Shown here: in pieces, positions 25,850 through 35,049 of the stretch
Position numbering within the stretch: the stretch's first letter is position 1
Layout of the letters: the number at the start of each line of letters is the position of its first letter
Source of the DNA: an uncultured Myxococcales bacterium
GTDB lineage: Bacteria; Myxococcota_A; Polyangia; Fen-1088
Length of the DNA stretch: 46,135 nucleotides
Assembly (NCBI GenBank): GCA_964589215.1
Contig: CAZPUH010000758.1
Location: forward strand, 1 to 46,135
Direction of reading: 5' to 3'
Program-made: the position numbers and the translations under genes
The notes under the pieces: model-generated
What the model was told of the DNA's origin: nothing
Seen by the model: only the letters and a program-made list of their open reading frames with translations
The model's database searches: none

Positions 25850-27221
25850 GGTGGTCTCCTTCGGATGCAGATACCGGGGGCAGCGTTCCTCCGAGAGCGC
25901 GCGCCAGCTCGGCGCGGGCGATCCAGTAGTCGCGCAGCGCTTCGAGATAGCCGCGGCGCGCGTCGACCTCACCCTGTTTCGCTGCGAGAAGCTGATACGC
26001 GCTCAGGAACATGCCGTTGTAGTGGAGGAGCGCCTGCTCGGTGACCGTCTTTCGAAGCGGGAGGAGGACCTCGCGGTAATGTGTCACCACGTCGCGGCCG
26101 GTGCTCAAACGGAGCGCGGCCAGGCGGACCTCGGAGCGGGCATCTATCGCGACCTCCTGGAGCCGGCGTTCCATCTCGCGGCGCTGGGCCTCGAGCCGGG
26201 CGATCACAGCCTGTCGCTGATCGAAGATGGGCAGCTCGATGACCAAGTTGGGCCCGAGTAGCAGCGGCCCGTTCGGGTCCTGGTGCATGTCCACGCCGAC
26301 ATCGAGCCGACCGACCAACCGCGTCGTCCGCGCCAGGTCGACCGCCTTGGAGAGGAGCGCGGCCCGCCGCTTCGCGACGGCCACGTCGAGGCGCCGGCTC
26401 ATCGCGAAGGGCTCGAGGTGCTCGAGCTTGGGGTCGGCGTCAGGCACCGAAGGAAGCTGCTCCGCGAAACGCCAGCTTGTTGTCCCGCCCCACAGGCCGA
26501 GCAGCCTGTTCACCCGCTCGCGCGCTTCAAGAAGGTCGATCTCCTCGCGCGCCAGATCGAGCTTTGCCTGCTGGTACTCCGCCGCCTGTGTCGCTCGATC
26601 TAGCTCGCTGACGTTGCCTGCTTCCATTTGCCGCGCCGACAGGTCGGCGGCCGCGCCGGCGCCTTCCACGACGGTCCGGCGGAAAGCGACCAGCTCCACG
26701 TCGGCTTGCGCGACGACGAACGCCTTTTCGGCCTCCGCCGCCACCTCGAGCGCCCGGTTGGCGACGTTCAACGTCGCGGCCTCGAACTCCTCGCGCGCGA
26801 TCTGCTTGCGAAGCGGCAGGACGATGAGGTCAAGGAAGTCCTGCACCAGCGACACGCGCACCTCGTCGGTCTCCCCGTTGTTGAGACGGAAACCTAGGTC
26901 GAGACCAAAGGCCGGGTTCTTCAAGAGTCCCGCCTGCACCATGTCGGCCTGAGAAATGCCCAGCTCTTCGTAGGTCGCCTGCAGGCTCGGGTTGTTCACG
27001 AGCGCGATCTCGACAGCGCGATCGCGAGTCAGTCCCTGGGTGGTGACCCTCCGCACCCAGTCCGCGATCTGGGCTTCGTCAGGCGGTCCCTTCTCCCACC
27101 GAGTCTTGTGGCCCGTCCGCTCACTGACCACCGACGAGACTTGGTCGTGCCCGCGCTCGGGAGACACGCTGGCGCATGCACCGAGCGTGACCGCTATTAG
27201 GGCTAGTCCGAACCGTTTCAC
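25839..27221 (-). CDS. TolC-family outer membrane efflux lipoprotein
   Basis: The GTG start overlaps the upstream stop (GTGA), giving VKRFGLALIAVTLGACAS (lipobox). The two-repeat OMF architecture is present. The 3' end overlaps the MCO start by 11 nt. Confidence 0.85.
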   Translation of the reverse strand: MKRFGLALIAVTLGACASVSPERGHDQVSSVVSERTGHKTRWEKGPPDEAQIADWVRRVTTQGLTRDRAVEIALVNNPSLQATYEELGISQADMVQAGLLKNPAFGLDLGFRLNNGETDEVRVSLVQDFLDLIVLPLRKQIAREEFEAATLNVANRALEVAAEAEKAFVVAQADVELVAFRRTVVEGAGAAADLSARQMEAGNVSELDRATQAAEYQQAKLDLAREEIDLLEARERVNRLLGLWGGTTSWRFAEQLPSVPDADPKLEHLEPFAMSRRLDVAVAKRRAALLSKAVDLARTTRLVGRLDVGVDMHQDPNGPLLLGPNLVIELPIFDQRQAVIARLEAQRREMERRLQEVAIDARSEVRLAALRLSTGRDVVTHYREVLLPLRKTVTEQALLHYNGMFLSAYQLLAAKQGEVDARRGYLEALRDYWIARAELARALGGTLPPVSASEGDHHGH

Positions 27222-27541
27222 GGCTTCGACTCTGGCTGCTTTGGAACCAGCGTCATCCCGCACTTGGGGCATTTGCCCGGCTTGTCGGAGATCACCTCTG
27301 GGTGCATCGGGCATGTGTAGAGCGTCGCCTCCGGCTTCGCGGGTGCTTCGTCGGGGGTCGGCTTCGCCGCCGGCACCGGCGGCTGGTTCAGCGCTCCCAC
27401 GCTCAGCGATGGCGATTCAACCGCCTGCGGGTTCGACGGATCGAGCGTGACCGGACGCGGTGGCGGCTCGGTCGCGCAGGCACCGATCGCGACAAGAAAC
27501 GGGAGAAGGAACAGTGATTTGCAGGGTGTTCTAGTGAGCAT
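27218..27541 (-). CDS. lipoprotein with a CPMHP-type heavy-metal-binding zinc-ribbon domain
   Basis: 107 aa. Lipobox FLVAIGAC, a Pro-rich linker, then LYTCPMHPEVISDKPGKCPKCGMTLVP. The same motif occurs in the ATPase N-terminus. Confidence 0.75.
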   Translation of the reverse strand: MLTRTPCKSLFLLPFLVAIGACATEPPPRPVTLDPSNPQAVESPSLSVGALNQPPVPAAKPTPDEAPAKPEATLYTCPMHPEVISDKPGKCPKCGMTLVPKQPESKP

Positions 27542-27992
27542 TTGACTTGTCCTTGGAGGCTCTCTTGGCGGCGTCATAGGCGTCCGCCCAGGCGAGCATT
27601 CGGGTGAGGTCGTCGCCGGTCACGACACCGGGGTCGTCCGACGGCATGGTGGGCTTGGCTCCGCCCGCGCCCAGGACCTTGCGGACGACGGCCCCCGCCT
27701 CGTCGGCGTGATGCCCGCCGAAGGGGTAGGCGTCCATCGCGACGTGGACGAGGGCTTTGGTTTTCGATTTCTTGCCGCCGGTCGTGTGGCACCTGAAGCA
27801 GTGGCGCTCGAAGGCGGGCTTTGCACGTTCGAACGTGGCGATCTCGGCCGGGGAGGGCTCGTGAGGACGGCCGACGCCATGCCCCTGATGGGAATACGCG
27901 ATCGGCACAGCCACAACGACGAGCGCTGTGGCGACGAGGGCAGCCCGCACGGCCGCTCTCGTCACGACGATTCCAATCGACATGACGGTCAC
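27531..27992 (-). CDS. membrane-anchored CXXCH (putative c-type heme-binding) protein
   Basis: 153 aa. N-terminal TM segment ALVATALVVVAVPIAY and a single CXXCH in FERHCFRCHTTGGKKSKTKAL. Its 3' end overlaps the next gene start by 11 nt. Confidence 0.5.
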   Translation of the reverse strand: MTVMSIGIVVTRAAVRAALVATALVVVAVPIAYSHQGHGVGRPHEPSPAEIATFERAKPAFERHCFRCHTTGGKKSKTKALVHVAMDAYPFGGHHADEAGAVVRKVLGAGGAKPTMPSDDPGVVTGDDLTRMLAWADAYDAAKRASKDKSNAH

Positions 27993-28067
27993 CTCCTGAG
28001 ATTCGAGTTCGCCGTTCGTGATGGCGCAGACGCGCGCGAGGCGCGCGTTACGCGGGAGCGGCGCGGC

Positions 28068-28466
28068 TCAGATCAGGAACGAACGCTTCAGGAGACGGAG
28101 CGGTGGCCCGAGGGGGGGGGGCCGAACGCGATGAAATGGGAGGTCAGGGGCCTGGTGCACCGGTAGCTCAGAGCTCAACGTCGACAGCTGCGGCTGTCCG
28201 TCGAAACGAACCGGCCCGTCGACTTGGTGCTCAGAGAGCAGCTTGGGGAGCTCCACAATCTTGATGAGGCAGCAACCCTGCTCCCGCAGCTGCGCCATCG
28301 GCACGGCCTGCTTCTGATCGCGGGACGGACAGCAGGTCTCTTCGTCCATCATCGCGCCGGTGAAGCGACAGACAAGCGCGCGCACCTGAGTCGGAAGGAC
28401 GCTCGCTCCGAACAGCGGCACCAGCGCCACCATCCAGAGCAGCTTCGACCATCGGCCCTTCGACAT
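28068..28466 (-). CDS. hypothetical membrane-anchored Cys-containing protein downstream of the CorE-like sigma gene
   Basis: 132 aa. TM segment LLWMVALVPLFGASVL, Cys pairs LVCRFTG...ETCCP...QGCCL and a Pro-rich C-terminus FHRVRPPPLGPPL encoded through a C10 run. Confidence 0.5.
   Translation of the reverse strand: MSKGRWSKLLWMVALVPLFGASVLPTQVRALVCRFTGAMMDEETCCPSRDQKQAVPMAQLREQGCCLIKIVELPKLLSEHQVDGPVRFDGQPQLSTLSSELPVHQAPDLPFHRVRPPPLGPPLRLLKRSFLI
28112..28121. repeat. G10/C10 homopolymer inside the 3' end of CDS 28068-28466
   Basis: Read directly: a ggggggggg g at 28112-28121. On the coding strand it encodes the PPP of RVRPPPLG. Confidence 0.9.
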
Positions 28467-28526
28467 CGGGGACGACTCTGACCAGCATCGCCTCAGCTGT
28501 CAATCCGTGCGGAGTCCCCGCCCGTG

Positions 28527-29063
28527 TCACGCGCGCCGACAGGTGCAGTCCAGACAGCCGTGTTCCGAACAGGCGCCGCACACCTCTACGAGCCGCCGCC
28601 TCAGCGCCGCGCGGGCGCGGTGAAGGCGAACGGTCGCGTTGTTGGCCGTCAGCCCCCCTTCGTTCGCGACCTCGACGATCGGCCGTTCCTCCAGTTCCAC
28701 CGCCTTCACGATGTCGGCGTACTCGGGCTTGAGCCCGGGCAGGACGGCGCTCATGCAAGTGCAGAGATTCTGACGGAATTCCGGCTCGAAGGTCGGCTCC
28801 GCTTCCTTCGCGAGCTGTGCGTGGGCCTCGCTTTCCGTTCCCACCCGCCGGTGGTGGTCGATGATCGCGTTTCGGAGCAGCTGATAGAACCAGGCCACGA
28901 CGCTCCCGTCGTCTCGGACCTGGTCCAGCTTCGGGAGGCTCCTCGCGTACGCCTCCTGCAGGATGTCCTCGGCGACCGCCGCACTCTCGACCCGCGGTCG
29001 AAGGAAGTCGAGGAACCGCCGGTGGTTTTCGGCCAGGAGCCGCTCGCGGGATTGGACGGTCAT
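28527..29063 (-). CDS. CorE-like ECF sigma factor with a C-terminal Cys-rich domain
   Basis: 178 aa from the ATG at 29063. Sigma-2 region (VAEDILQEAYARS...VAWFYQLLRNAIIDHHRR), sigma-4 region (YADIVKAVELEERPIVEVANEGGLTANNATVRLHRAR), linker CTC, and C-terminal CGACSEHGCLDCTC. No separate anti-sigma gene is recognisable. Confidence 0.8.
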   Translation of the reverse strand: MTVQSRERLLAENHRRFLDFLRPRVESAAVAEDILQEAYARSLPKLDQVRDDGSVVAWFYQLLRNAIIDHHRRVGTESEAHAQLAKEAEPTFEPEFRQNLCTCMSAVLPGLKPEYADIVKAVELEERPIVEVANEGGLTANNATVRLHRARAALRRRLVEVCGACSEHGCLDCTCRRA

Positions 29064-29145
29064 CGCCCTTAGCTTGGCATGGGACGCAAGGACGGCGTGC
29101 CGAACCCTCGAACCCTTTTCGCCGCGGTTGGCTCTCACGGTCAAA

Positions 29146-29379
29146 ATGACCTCAGAGAATGCAATTCGCGCCCTGGCAGGGGCGCTGGTCCTCGCCGGCC
29201 TCGTCCTTTCGCGGCTGATCAACCCCTGGTGGTTACTTCTCACGGCTTTCGTGGGCGTGAACCTTCTGCAGTCCGCATTCACGAAGTTTTGCCCGGCGGA
29301 AATCGTCATGCGCCGCCTGGGATGGTTCACAGCGTGCACCACCACTGACCGGCCTGCGCGGCACACCGAGGGCAGCTAA
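29146..29379 (+). CDS. DUF2892 (YgaP-like) small membrane protein
   Basis: 77 aa: NAIRALAGALVLAGLVLSRL..WWLLLTAFVGVNLLQSAFTKFCPAE. Its stop abuts the MFP GTG start. Confidence 0.65.
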   Translation: MTSENAIRALAGALVLAGLVLSRLINPWWLLLTAFVGVNLLQSAFTKFCPAEIVMRRLGWFTACTTTDRPARHTEGS

Positions 29380-30420
29380 GTGCGCCAGCCGCGCCGCATC
29401 GCAGGGGGCCTGATGGCAGTCGCCGCCGTGGCCGTTTCGGCGTGCGGCTCGAAGCCGCCACGCGCGCCATCGGAGCCTCTGCCAACACGATCCGTGCGGA
29501 CCGAACGCGCCCGCCTGGACGCGAGCTCTTCGGGCGAAGCGGCCATCGGCACAGTCCGGGCGCGCAACTCGGCGGCCATATCTGCGACGGTGGTTGGCAA
29601 GGTCCGCGAGCTGAACGTGACACTCGGCCGCCGCGTGCGGGCGGGCGACGTTCTGGTTCGAATCTCGGCGGACGAAATCGGCGCCAAGCTGGACCAGACG
29701 GAGGCGATGTATGCGCGCGCCAAGCTCGAGTTCGAACGAGCCAAAGGCCTGCTCGAGCGCGAGGCGATCCCGCGGGTGCAGTACGACGCCGCGGCGGCCG
29801 ACTTCCGGGTCGCCACGGCTAGGCGGGCCGAGGCCGGGGCGATGGCCGACCATACGGTGCTCCGCGCGCCGTTCGCTGGCGTCGTCAGCGCCAAGCTCGC
29901 CAACGTCGGGGATACGGCCATGCCCGGCCAGACGCTCGTCGTTCTCGAGGATCCGCGCGCGCTGCGGCTCGAGGCCACGGTGCCTGAGATCGCCGCGCAG
30001 GCGATGCGGACGGGGCAGACGGTGTCGGTCCTCATCGATGGGGCCCAGCGCCCGGTGACCGGCACCGTGGCAGAGATCAGCCCGGCGGCGGACCCGATGA
30101 GCCGCACGGTGCTGGTGAAGATCGAGCTACCGGCCGACCCGTCGATCCACCCCGGCTTACTCGGCCGGTTGCTGCTGCCCGCATCTCCTGGTCAGGCACG
30201 CTCGGTCGTGGTCCCCAGCGGAACTGTCGTGCGCCGCGGCCAGCTCGACGAGGTCTTCGTTGTCGACCGGGGACGGGCCCGCTTGCGGTTGGTCAAAACT
30301 GGACGTGTCAAAGGGGACGGCGCGACGGAGATCCTGTCCGGCCTCACCGAAGGCGAGACGGTGGTCATCTCCGACCTCGCGGAATTGGTGGACGGGCAAG
30401 CTGTGGAGGCGCGCCTGTGA
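29380..30420 (+). CDS. RND efflux periplasmic adaptor (MFP) lipoprotein
   Basis: Lipobox AVAVSACG. Lipoyl/barrel motifs ([37 protein letters not shown]). GTGA overlap with the RND gene. Confidence 0.85.
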   Translation: MRQPRRIAGGLMAVAAVAVSACGSKPPRAPSEPLPTRSVRTERARLDASSSGEAAIGTVRARNSAAISATVVGKVRELNVTLGRRVRAGDVLVRISADEIGAKLDQTEAMYARAKLEFERAKGLLEREAIPRVQYDAAAADFRVATARRAEAGAMADHTVLRAPFAGVVSAKLANVGDTAMPGQTLVVLEDPRALRLEATVPEIAAQAMRTGQTVSVLIDGAQRPVTGTVAEISPAADPMSRTVLVKIELPADPSIHPGLLGRLLLPASPGQARSVVVPSGTVVRRGQLDEVFVVDRGRARLRLVKTGRVKGDGATEILSGLTEGETVVISDLAELVDGQAVEARL

Positions 30421-33400
30421 GTCGCGAGCCGCATCGCCAGGGCATCGCGGGCCGGATCGCGCGCGCGTTCATCGATTCGAAGCTGACGCCGCTCTTCATC
30501 GTCACCTCCGTCCTCCTGGGTCTGGTGGCCGTTCTTGCACTTCCGCGCGAGGAGGAACCGCAGATCAAGGTTCCCATGGTCGACGTGTCACTTTCCATGC
30601 CCGGCGCGACTGCCGAGGAGGTCGAGAGCCGTGTCTCCGCTCCCGTCGAGCGGTTGCTCTGGGAGATTCCAGGTGTCGAGTATGTCTACAGCACGAGCCA
30701 GCCGGGCCGTTCCCTGACGATCGTCCGGTTCAAGGTCGGCGAGGACGTGGAGAGGTCGCTGGTGAAGCTCCACCAGAAGCTCGACGCCAACGCCGATCGC
30801 ATTCCGCCGGGCGTGTCGCCCCCGCTCATCAAGGCGCGCTCCATCGACGACGTGCCGATCCTCGCGCTCACCTTCCACTCGCGCAATTACGACCACCTGG
30901 CCCTGCGCCGCATCGCCGCCCAGGTCGACGCCGAGATCAAACGGGTCCCCGAGGTGTCGGAGGCGACCCTCATCGGCGGCCTGCGGCGTCAGGTCCGCGC
31001 TCGGCTCGATCCCGCGGCGCTCGCGGCCCGGTCGCTGGCAGCGACCAACGTCACCCGCGTGCTGGCGCAGGCGAACAGTCAGGCCTCGGTCGGATCCCTC
31101 ACGCTCGCGGACCAGGACGTTCTGGTGCAGACGGGCGCCTTCTTCACAAGCGCCGAGGATGTCGGGACGGCCGTCGTCGGCGTCTACCAGGGCGCCCCCG
31201 TCCATCTCCGCGATGTCGCCAAGATCGCCGACGAAGCCGAGGAACCGAGCCAGTACGTGTTCTTTGGCAAAGGCGCGGCGACTTCGGGTACCGCCGACGA
31301 GGAGCCCGCCGTCACTCTGTCGATCGCCAAGCGCCCAGGAACCAACGCGATCAAGGTGGCGGACGCTGTCCTCGAACGGCTCGATCGCATGCGGCCAACC
31401 GCGCTCCCGGGTGATGTGTCGATCTCCATCACCCGTCACTACGGCGCGACCGCCGCGGAGAAGTCGAACGAGCTTCTTCTGCACATGGGGATCGCCGTGG
31501 TCAGCGTCTCCCTGCTCATCCTGTTCATGCTCGGGTGGCGCGAGTCCCTGGTGGTCGCCATCGCCATCCCGGCGACCCTCGCGCTGACGCTGCTCGTTTT
31601 CTACCTCGGCGGCTACACGCTCAACCGGATCACGCTGTTCGCCTTGATCTTCTCGATCGGCATCCTGGTGGACGACGCGATCGTCGTCGTCGAGAACGTC
31701 GTTCGGCACCGCGATCTGCCAGAGAACCGAGGACGTTCACTCAAGGAGGTCGCCGTCCATGCCGTCGCCGAGGTCGGCAACCCGACGATATTGGCCACGC
31801 TCGCGGTGATGGCCGCCGTCTTACCAATGGCGTTCGTGGGCGGACTGATGGGGCCGTACATGCGCCCGATTCCGATTGGCTCGTCCGCCGCGATGGCGTT
31901 CTCGCTGATGGTCGCGTTCGTGGTGACTCCCTGGGCGGCGGCGCGCCTGCTGAAGCGCTCGCGCGCAACTGGCGACGGTGGCCGCGGCGGTCATCGGACC
32001 GGGCGAGAAGACTTCGGTACCCGCGCATACCGCCGGGTGATGGCGCGTCTGGTGGGGCGTGCGTGGTGGCGCTGGGGCTTCCTCGGCCTCATTGCGGCCC
32101 TTCTGGTGGCTGCGATCTCCCTCGTTCCGGTGGGCGCCGCCCGCGTGAAGATGCTCCCCTACGACAACAAGAGCGAGTTTCAGGTGATCCTGAACATGCC
32201 CGAGGGGAGCTCGCTCGAGCGCACGGCCGCCGCCGCGCGAGACATCGCGGATGCGATCCGCGGCGAGCGTGAGGTCACCGACTATCAGACTTACGTCGGC
32301 ATCGCCTCGCCGTTCAACTTCAACGGCCTGGTCCGCCATTACTATCTGCGCCAAGGGCCCAGCGTCGCCGACATTCAGGTGAACCTCCTGCCGAAGGGCG
32401 ACCGGGACGCCCAGAGCCACGACATCGCCAAGCGCATCCGACCGGCCGTCGCGGCGATCGCGGCCCGCTACGGCGCGCGGGTGGCGGTGGCCGAGGTGCC
32501 ACCGGGGCCGCCCGTGCTGCAGACCCTGGTCGCGGAGGTCTACGCCCCGGACGCCCCTTCTCGGCAGCGGCTTGCACGCGCGATGCGCGACATCTTCCAG
32601 AAGACGCCAGGAGTGGTCGACGTCGACTGGTACGTCGAGGATCCGCACCCCAAGCAGCGGCTGGTCGTCGACAAGGAGAAGGCCGCCCTGCACGGCATCG
32701 GGGCGGACACCATCGCGGCTACCCTGGAGATCGCTGTGGGCGGCCGCCCGGCGGGCCTGCTTCACGTCCCGCGCGAACAAGAGGACGTCGAGATCATGCT
32801 CGACGTCCCCCGCACCCTGCGCACGTCGGTGGCGGACCTGCTCGCTCTTCGCGTGCCGGACGCCAGCGGCCACACGCTGGTGCCGCTGGGCGAGCTCGTC
32901 CGCGTCGAACAGACGACGGAAGACCAGAGCATCTATCACAAGAACCTGCTACCGGTCGTCTATGTGACCGCCGACGTCGCGGGTGGCGCGGAGAGCTCCG
33001 CCTACTCCGTACTCGCCATGAACCGGGCCGTGGCGGCGCTGGATGCCCAGGACTTCGGAGGCGCGAGCGGCAAGCTCGGCGTCTACAATTCCGAGCAACC
33101 GAAGAGCGACCTCGCTCCGGCGATCAAGTGGGACGGCGAGTGGCACATCACGCTCGAGGTGTTCCGTGACCTCGGCGCCGCCTTCGCCGTGGTGCTGGTG
33201 CTCATCTACGTGCTGCTCGTGGGCTGGTTCCGGTCGTTTGCCACGCCGCTCGTCGTGATGGCGGCCATCCCGTTCTCGCTCGTGGGGATCCTGCCGGCAC
33301 ACGCGGCGATGGGCGCCTTCTTCACGGCGACCTCCATGATTGGATTCATGGCCGGGGCCGGGATTGTCGTTCGCAATTCGATCATCCTCGTCGATTTCAT

Positions 33401-33746
33401 CGAGGCCCGCCTCGGTGAAGGTATGCCGCTCGACGCGGCGGTCGTCGATGCCGGCGCTGTCCGCTTCCGCCCGATGCTGCTGACCGCTCTGGCGGTCGTC
33501 GCCGGCGCCTCGGTCATACTGTTCGACCCGATCTTCCAGGGTCTGGCCCTCTCGCTCATGGCTGGCGAACTCGCGTCGCTCTTCATCAGCCGCATGGCCG
33601 TACCCGTTCTCTACTCGATGCTGGCACGACGAAGAACGGCGCAGAGCACCGCGCCAGTCGTCGCGAAGCTCGCCCTGACTGGCCTCCCTGCGGAGCTAGG
33701 GCCTGCACACGGGCCCCGACCTCTATCCGAGGGCGGCGTCTCGTAG
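30417..33746 (+). CDS. RND transporter permease, AcrB-like (HAE-type TM4 motif)
   Basis: 1109 aa. TM4 reads [20 protein letters not shown], the AcrB-like [10 protein letters not shown] form rather than the DFG-DGA-VEN or CusA forms. It has 12-TM architecture with two large loops. Confidence 0.85.
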   Translation: MSREPHRQGIAGRIARAFIDSKLTPLFIVTSVLLGLVAVLALPREEEPQIKVPMVDVSLSMPGATAEEVESRVSAPVERLLWEIPGVEYVYSTSQPGRSLTIVRFKVGEDVERSLVKLHQKLDANADRIPPGVSPPLIKARSIDDVPILALTFHSRNYDHLALRRIAAQVDAEIKRVPEVSEATLIGGLRRQVRARLDPAALAARSLAATNVTRVLAQANSQASVGSLTLADQDVLVQTGAFFTSAEDVGTAVVGVYQGAPVHLRDVAKIADEAEEPSQYVFFGKGAATSGTADEEPAVTLSIAKRPGTNAIKVADAVLERLDRMRPTALPGDVSISITRHYGATAAEKSNELLLHMGIAVVSVSLLILFMLGWRESLVVAIAIPATLALTLLVFYLGGYTLNRITLFALIFSIGILVDDAIVVVENVVRHRDLPENRGRSLKEVAVHAVAEVGNPTILATLAVMAAVLPMAFVGGLMGPYMRPIPIGSSAAMAFSLMVAFVVTPWAAARLLKRSRATGDGGRGGHRTGREDFGTRAYRRVMARLVGRAWWRWGFLGLIAALLVAAISLVPVGAARVKMLPYDNKSEFQVILNMPEGSSLERTAAAARDIADAIRGEREVTDYQTYVGIASPFNFNGLVRHYYLRQGPSVADIQVNLLPKGDRDAQSHDIAKRIRPAVAAIAARYGARVAVAEVPPGPPVLQTLVAEVYAPDAPSRQRLARAMRDIFQKTPGVVDVDWYVEDPHPKQRLVVDKEKAALHGIGADTIAATLEIAVGGRPAGLLHVPREQEDVEIMLDVPRTLRTSVADLLALRVPDASGHTLVPLGELVRVEQTTEDQSIYHKNLLPVVYVTADVAGGAESSAYSVLAMNRAVAALDAQDFGGASGKLGVYNSEQPKSDLAPAIKWDGEWHITLEVFRDLGAAFAVVLVLIYVLLVGWFRSFATPLVVMAAIPFSLVGILPAHAAMGAFFTATSMIGFMAGAGIVVRNSIILVDFIEARLGEGMPLDAAVVDAGAVRFRPMLLTALAVVAGASVILFDPIFQGLALSLMAGELASLFISRMAVPVLYSMLARRRTAQSTAPVVAKLALTGLPAELGPAHGPRPLSEGGVS

Positions 33747-33775
33747 GCTCGAACCCTGTCGTCTTGCCCGCGCCC

Positions 33776-34395
33776 TCATGCCGCGGACGTACGAAAGAGG
33801 CAGTAGAGGAACTGCTGTCCGATGCCCCACGGCGTCCAGTGAATCTCGGTCGTCGCGTGGATCATCCGGAAGCCGGATCCGAGCTGCGCGGCAAGCATGT
33901 CGGCATCGTAGCAATCGACTTCGAGGCCGCTGCAATGCTCAGGCTCCTCAGGCCCGAACGTTGCCATGAGGACGTACCCGCCCGGCGTCACGGCGCGGCG
34001 CATAACCGCGACGTAGCGACACTTTTCGTCTTCCCCATGCAGAAAGTGAAAAACGGCGCGGTCGTGCCACAGGTCGAGTGAACCACTCTCGAACGACGCC
34101 TGGGTCACGTCAGCGGTCACCCAGCGAACCAGACGTTCGTTCGAGCCGAGGCGTGTCCTCGTGGCCTCCAGAGCGGCCGAGGAAACGTCGAGCACGGTCA
34201 CGTTCGTGAACCCACGCGCGAGTAAGTCGTCGACGAGCGTCGATGCTCCACCGCCAACCTCGATGATCGGAGCACGCTTGCTGAGTCCGACCTGATCTAT
34301 GAGTTGAAGGGACAACTCCAGATGGGGTCGATACCAGCTCAGCTGATCGGGAGCCTTGCGCTCGTAGACCGCCTCCCAGTGCTCTCTCACACTCA
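33776..34395 (-). CDS. class I SAM-dependent methyltransferase (start uncertain; the ORF extends to 34492)
   Basis: Motif I IIEVGGGASTLVDDLL, post-I VTVLDVS, HWEAVYE...LSWY N-terminus. A GTG at 34395 or 34389 is preferred because the upstream extension is R-rich low-complexity sequence. Confidence 0.7.
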
Positions 34396-34540
34396 CTTGT
34401 TTCGATGTACTTAGGCAGGCGGAAGCGATCAAGCGGGTACCTCCCACCCCAGAGCAGCGGCGCATCCGCGCGGGACGAGCCAGACGGGCCACCCCGACTC
34501 GATCCCGCGCTCTATCGGACGCTGGCAGCGGCCGCCCGAC

Positions 34541-34912
34541 TTACTTGCCCTGGAGCTCTTTTGCTCGCATCTCATGATAATCGGCGGCTTTCGTGGCATC
34601 CGCCGCGAGCTTGTCGGCGTCCTTGGCGATCTCGGAACAATGCTTCTGCATTTTCGCCAACTTAGGATCCTTCTCTCCTTGCGCTGTCGAGTGAGAGTTC
34701 AACCCCGCTTGCTTTGCCGCCTCGGCCATCGCCCGATGTTCGTCGGCCACCTTCTTGTATTGTGCGGCTTCGTCTCGGTACTGCTTGGCCAGCGCCTCAT
34801 GCTCCGCGACAGTCGTCGGAACCGTCGACGCGGCTTTCGAGACCGTCGCCGTGAGTGCGACTACCGCGAATAGGACACCCAAAATCGTCGCTCGGCGTGT
34901 CGTGACCATCAT
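34541..34912 (-). CDS. secreted His/Met-rich helical protein, paralog 1 (uncharacterised family)
   Basis: 123 aa. RBS GAAGGAGAG, signal ILGVLFAVVALTATVSKA. It shares KKVADEHRAMA and KMQKHC..IA.DADKLAAD..KAADYHEMRAKEL.GK with the next gene. Confidence 0.75.
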   Translation of the reverse strand: MMVTTRRATILGVLFAVVALTATVSKAASTVPTTVAEHEALAKQYRDEAAQYKKVADEHRAMAEAAKQAGLNSHSTAQGEKDPKLAKMQKHCSEIAKDADKLAADATKAADYHEMRAKELQGK

Positions 34913-35014
34913 CGTCTCTCCTTCGGTTGAGTGATTACTGCCTTCTTCTCTTACGATTTACGTTCGATGTGATTTCCGCCGCGTTTCAGGCCGGTTCGAT
35001 CCCGAGTCAGGAAC

Positions 35015-35035
35015 CTGTGACCTGCGGAGTCACAG
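35015..35035 (-). terminator. 7-bp perfect inverted repeat (CTGTGAC-N7-GTCACAG) just after paralog 2
   Basis: Read directly. It lies 15 nt past the stop of 35050-35421, but no clear U-tract follows on the minus strand. Confidence 0.3.
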
Positions 35036-35049
35036 ATGCGTCTCGATGG

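Noticed and set aside
28467-28526. TTGACA-like hexamer upstream of 28466 on the minus strand
   Set aside because: The candidate -10 at 17-nt spacing (CAGAGT) is poor, and the 60-nt gap may simply be read through from the sigma gene.
29064-29145. Possible ECF-type promoter (duplicated GAACC: CCGAACCCTCGAACCC) in the sigma/DUF2892 divergent region
   Set aside because: A GAAC-like -35 is present, but I could not find a convincingly spaced CGT-type -10 element. It is too weak to annotate without TSS data.
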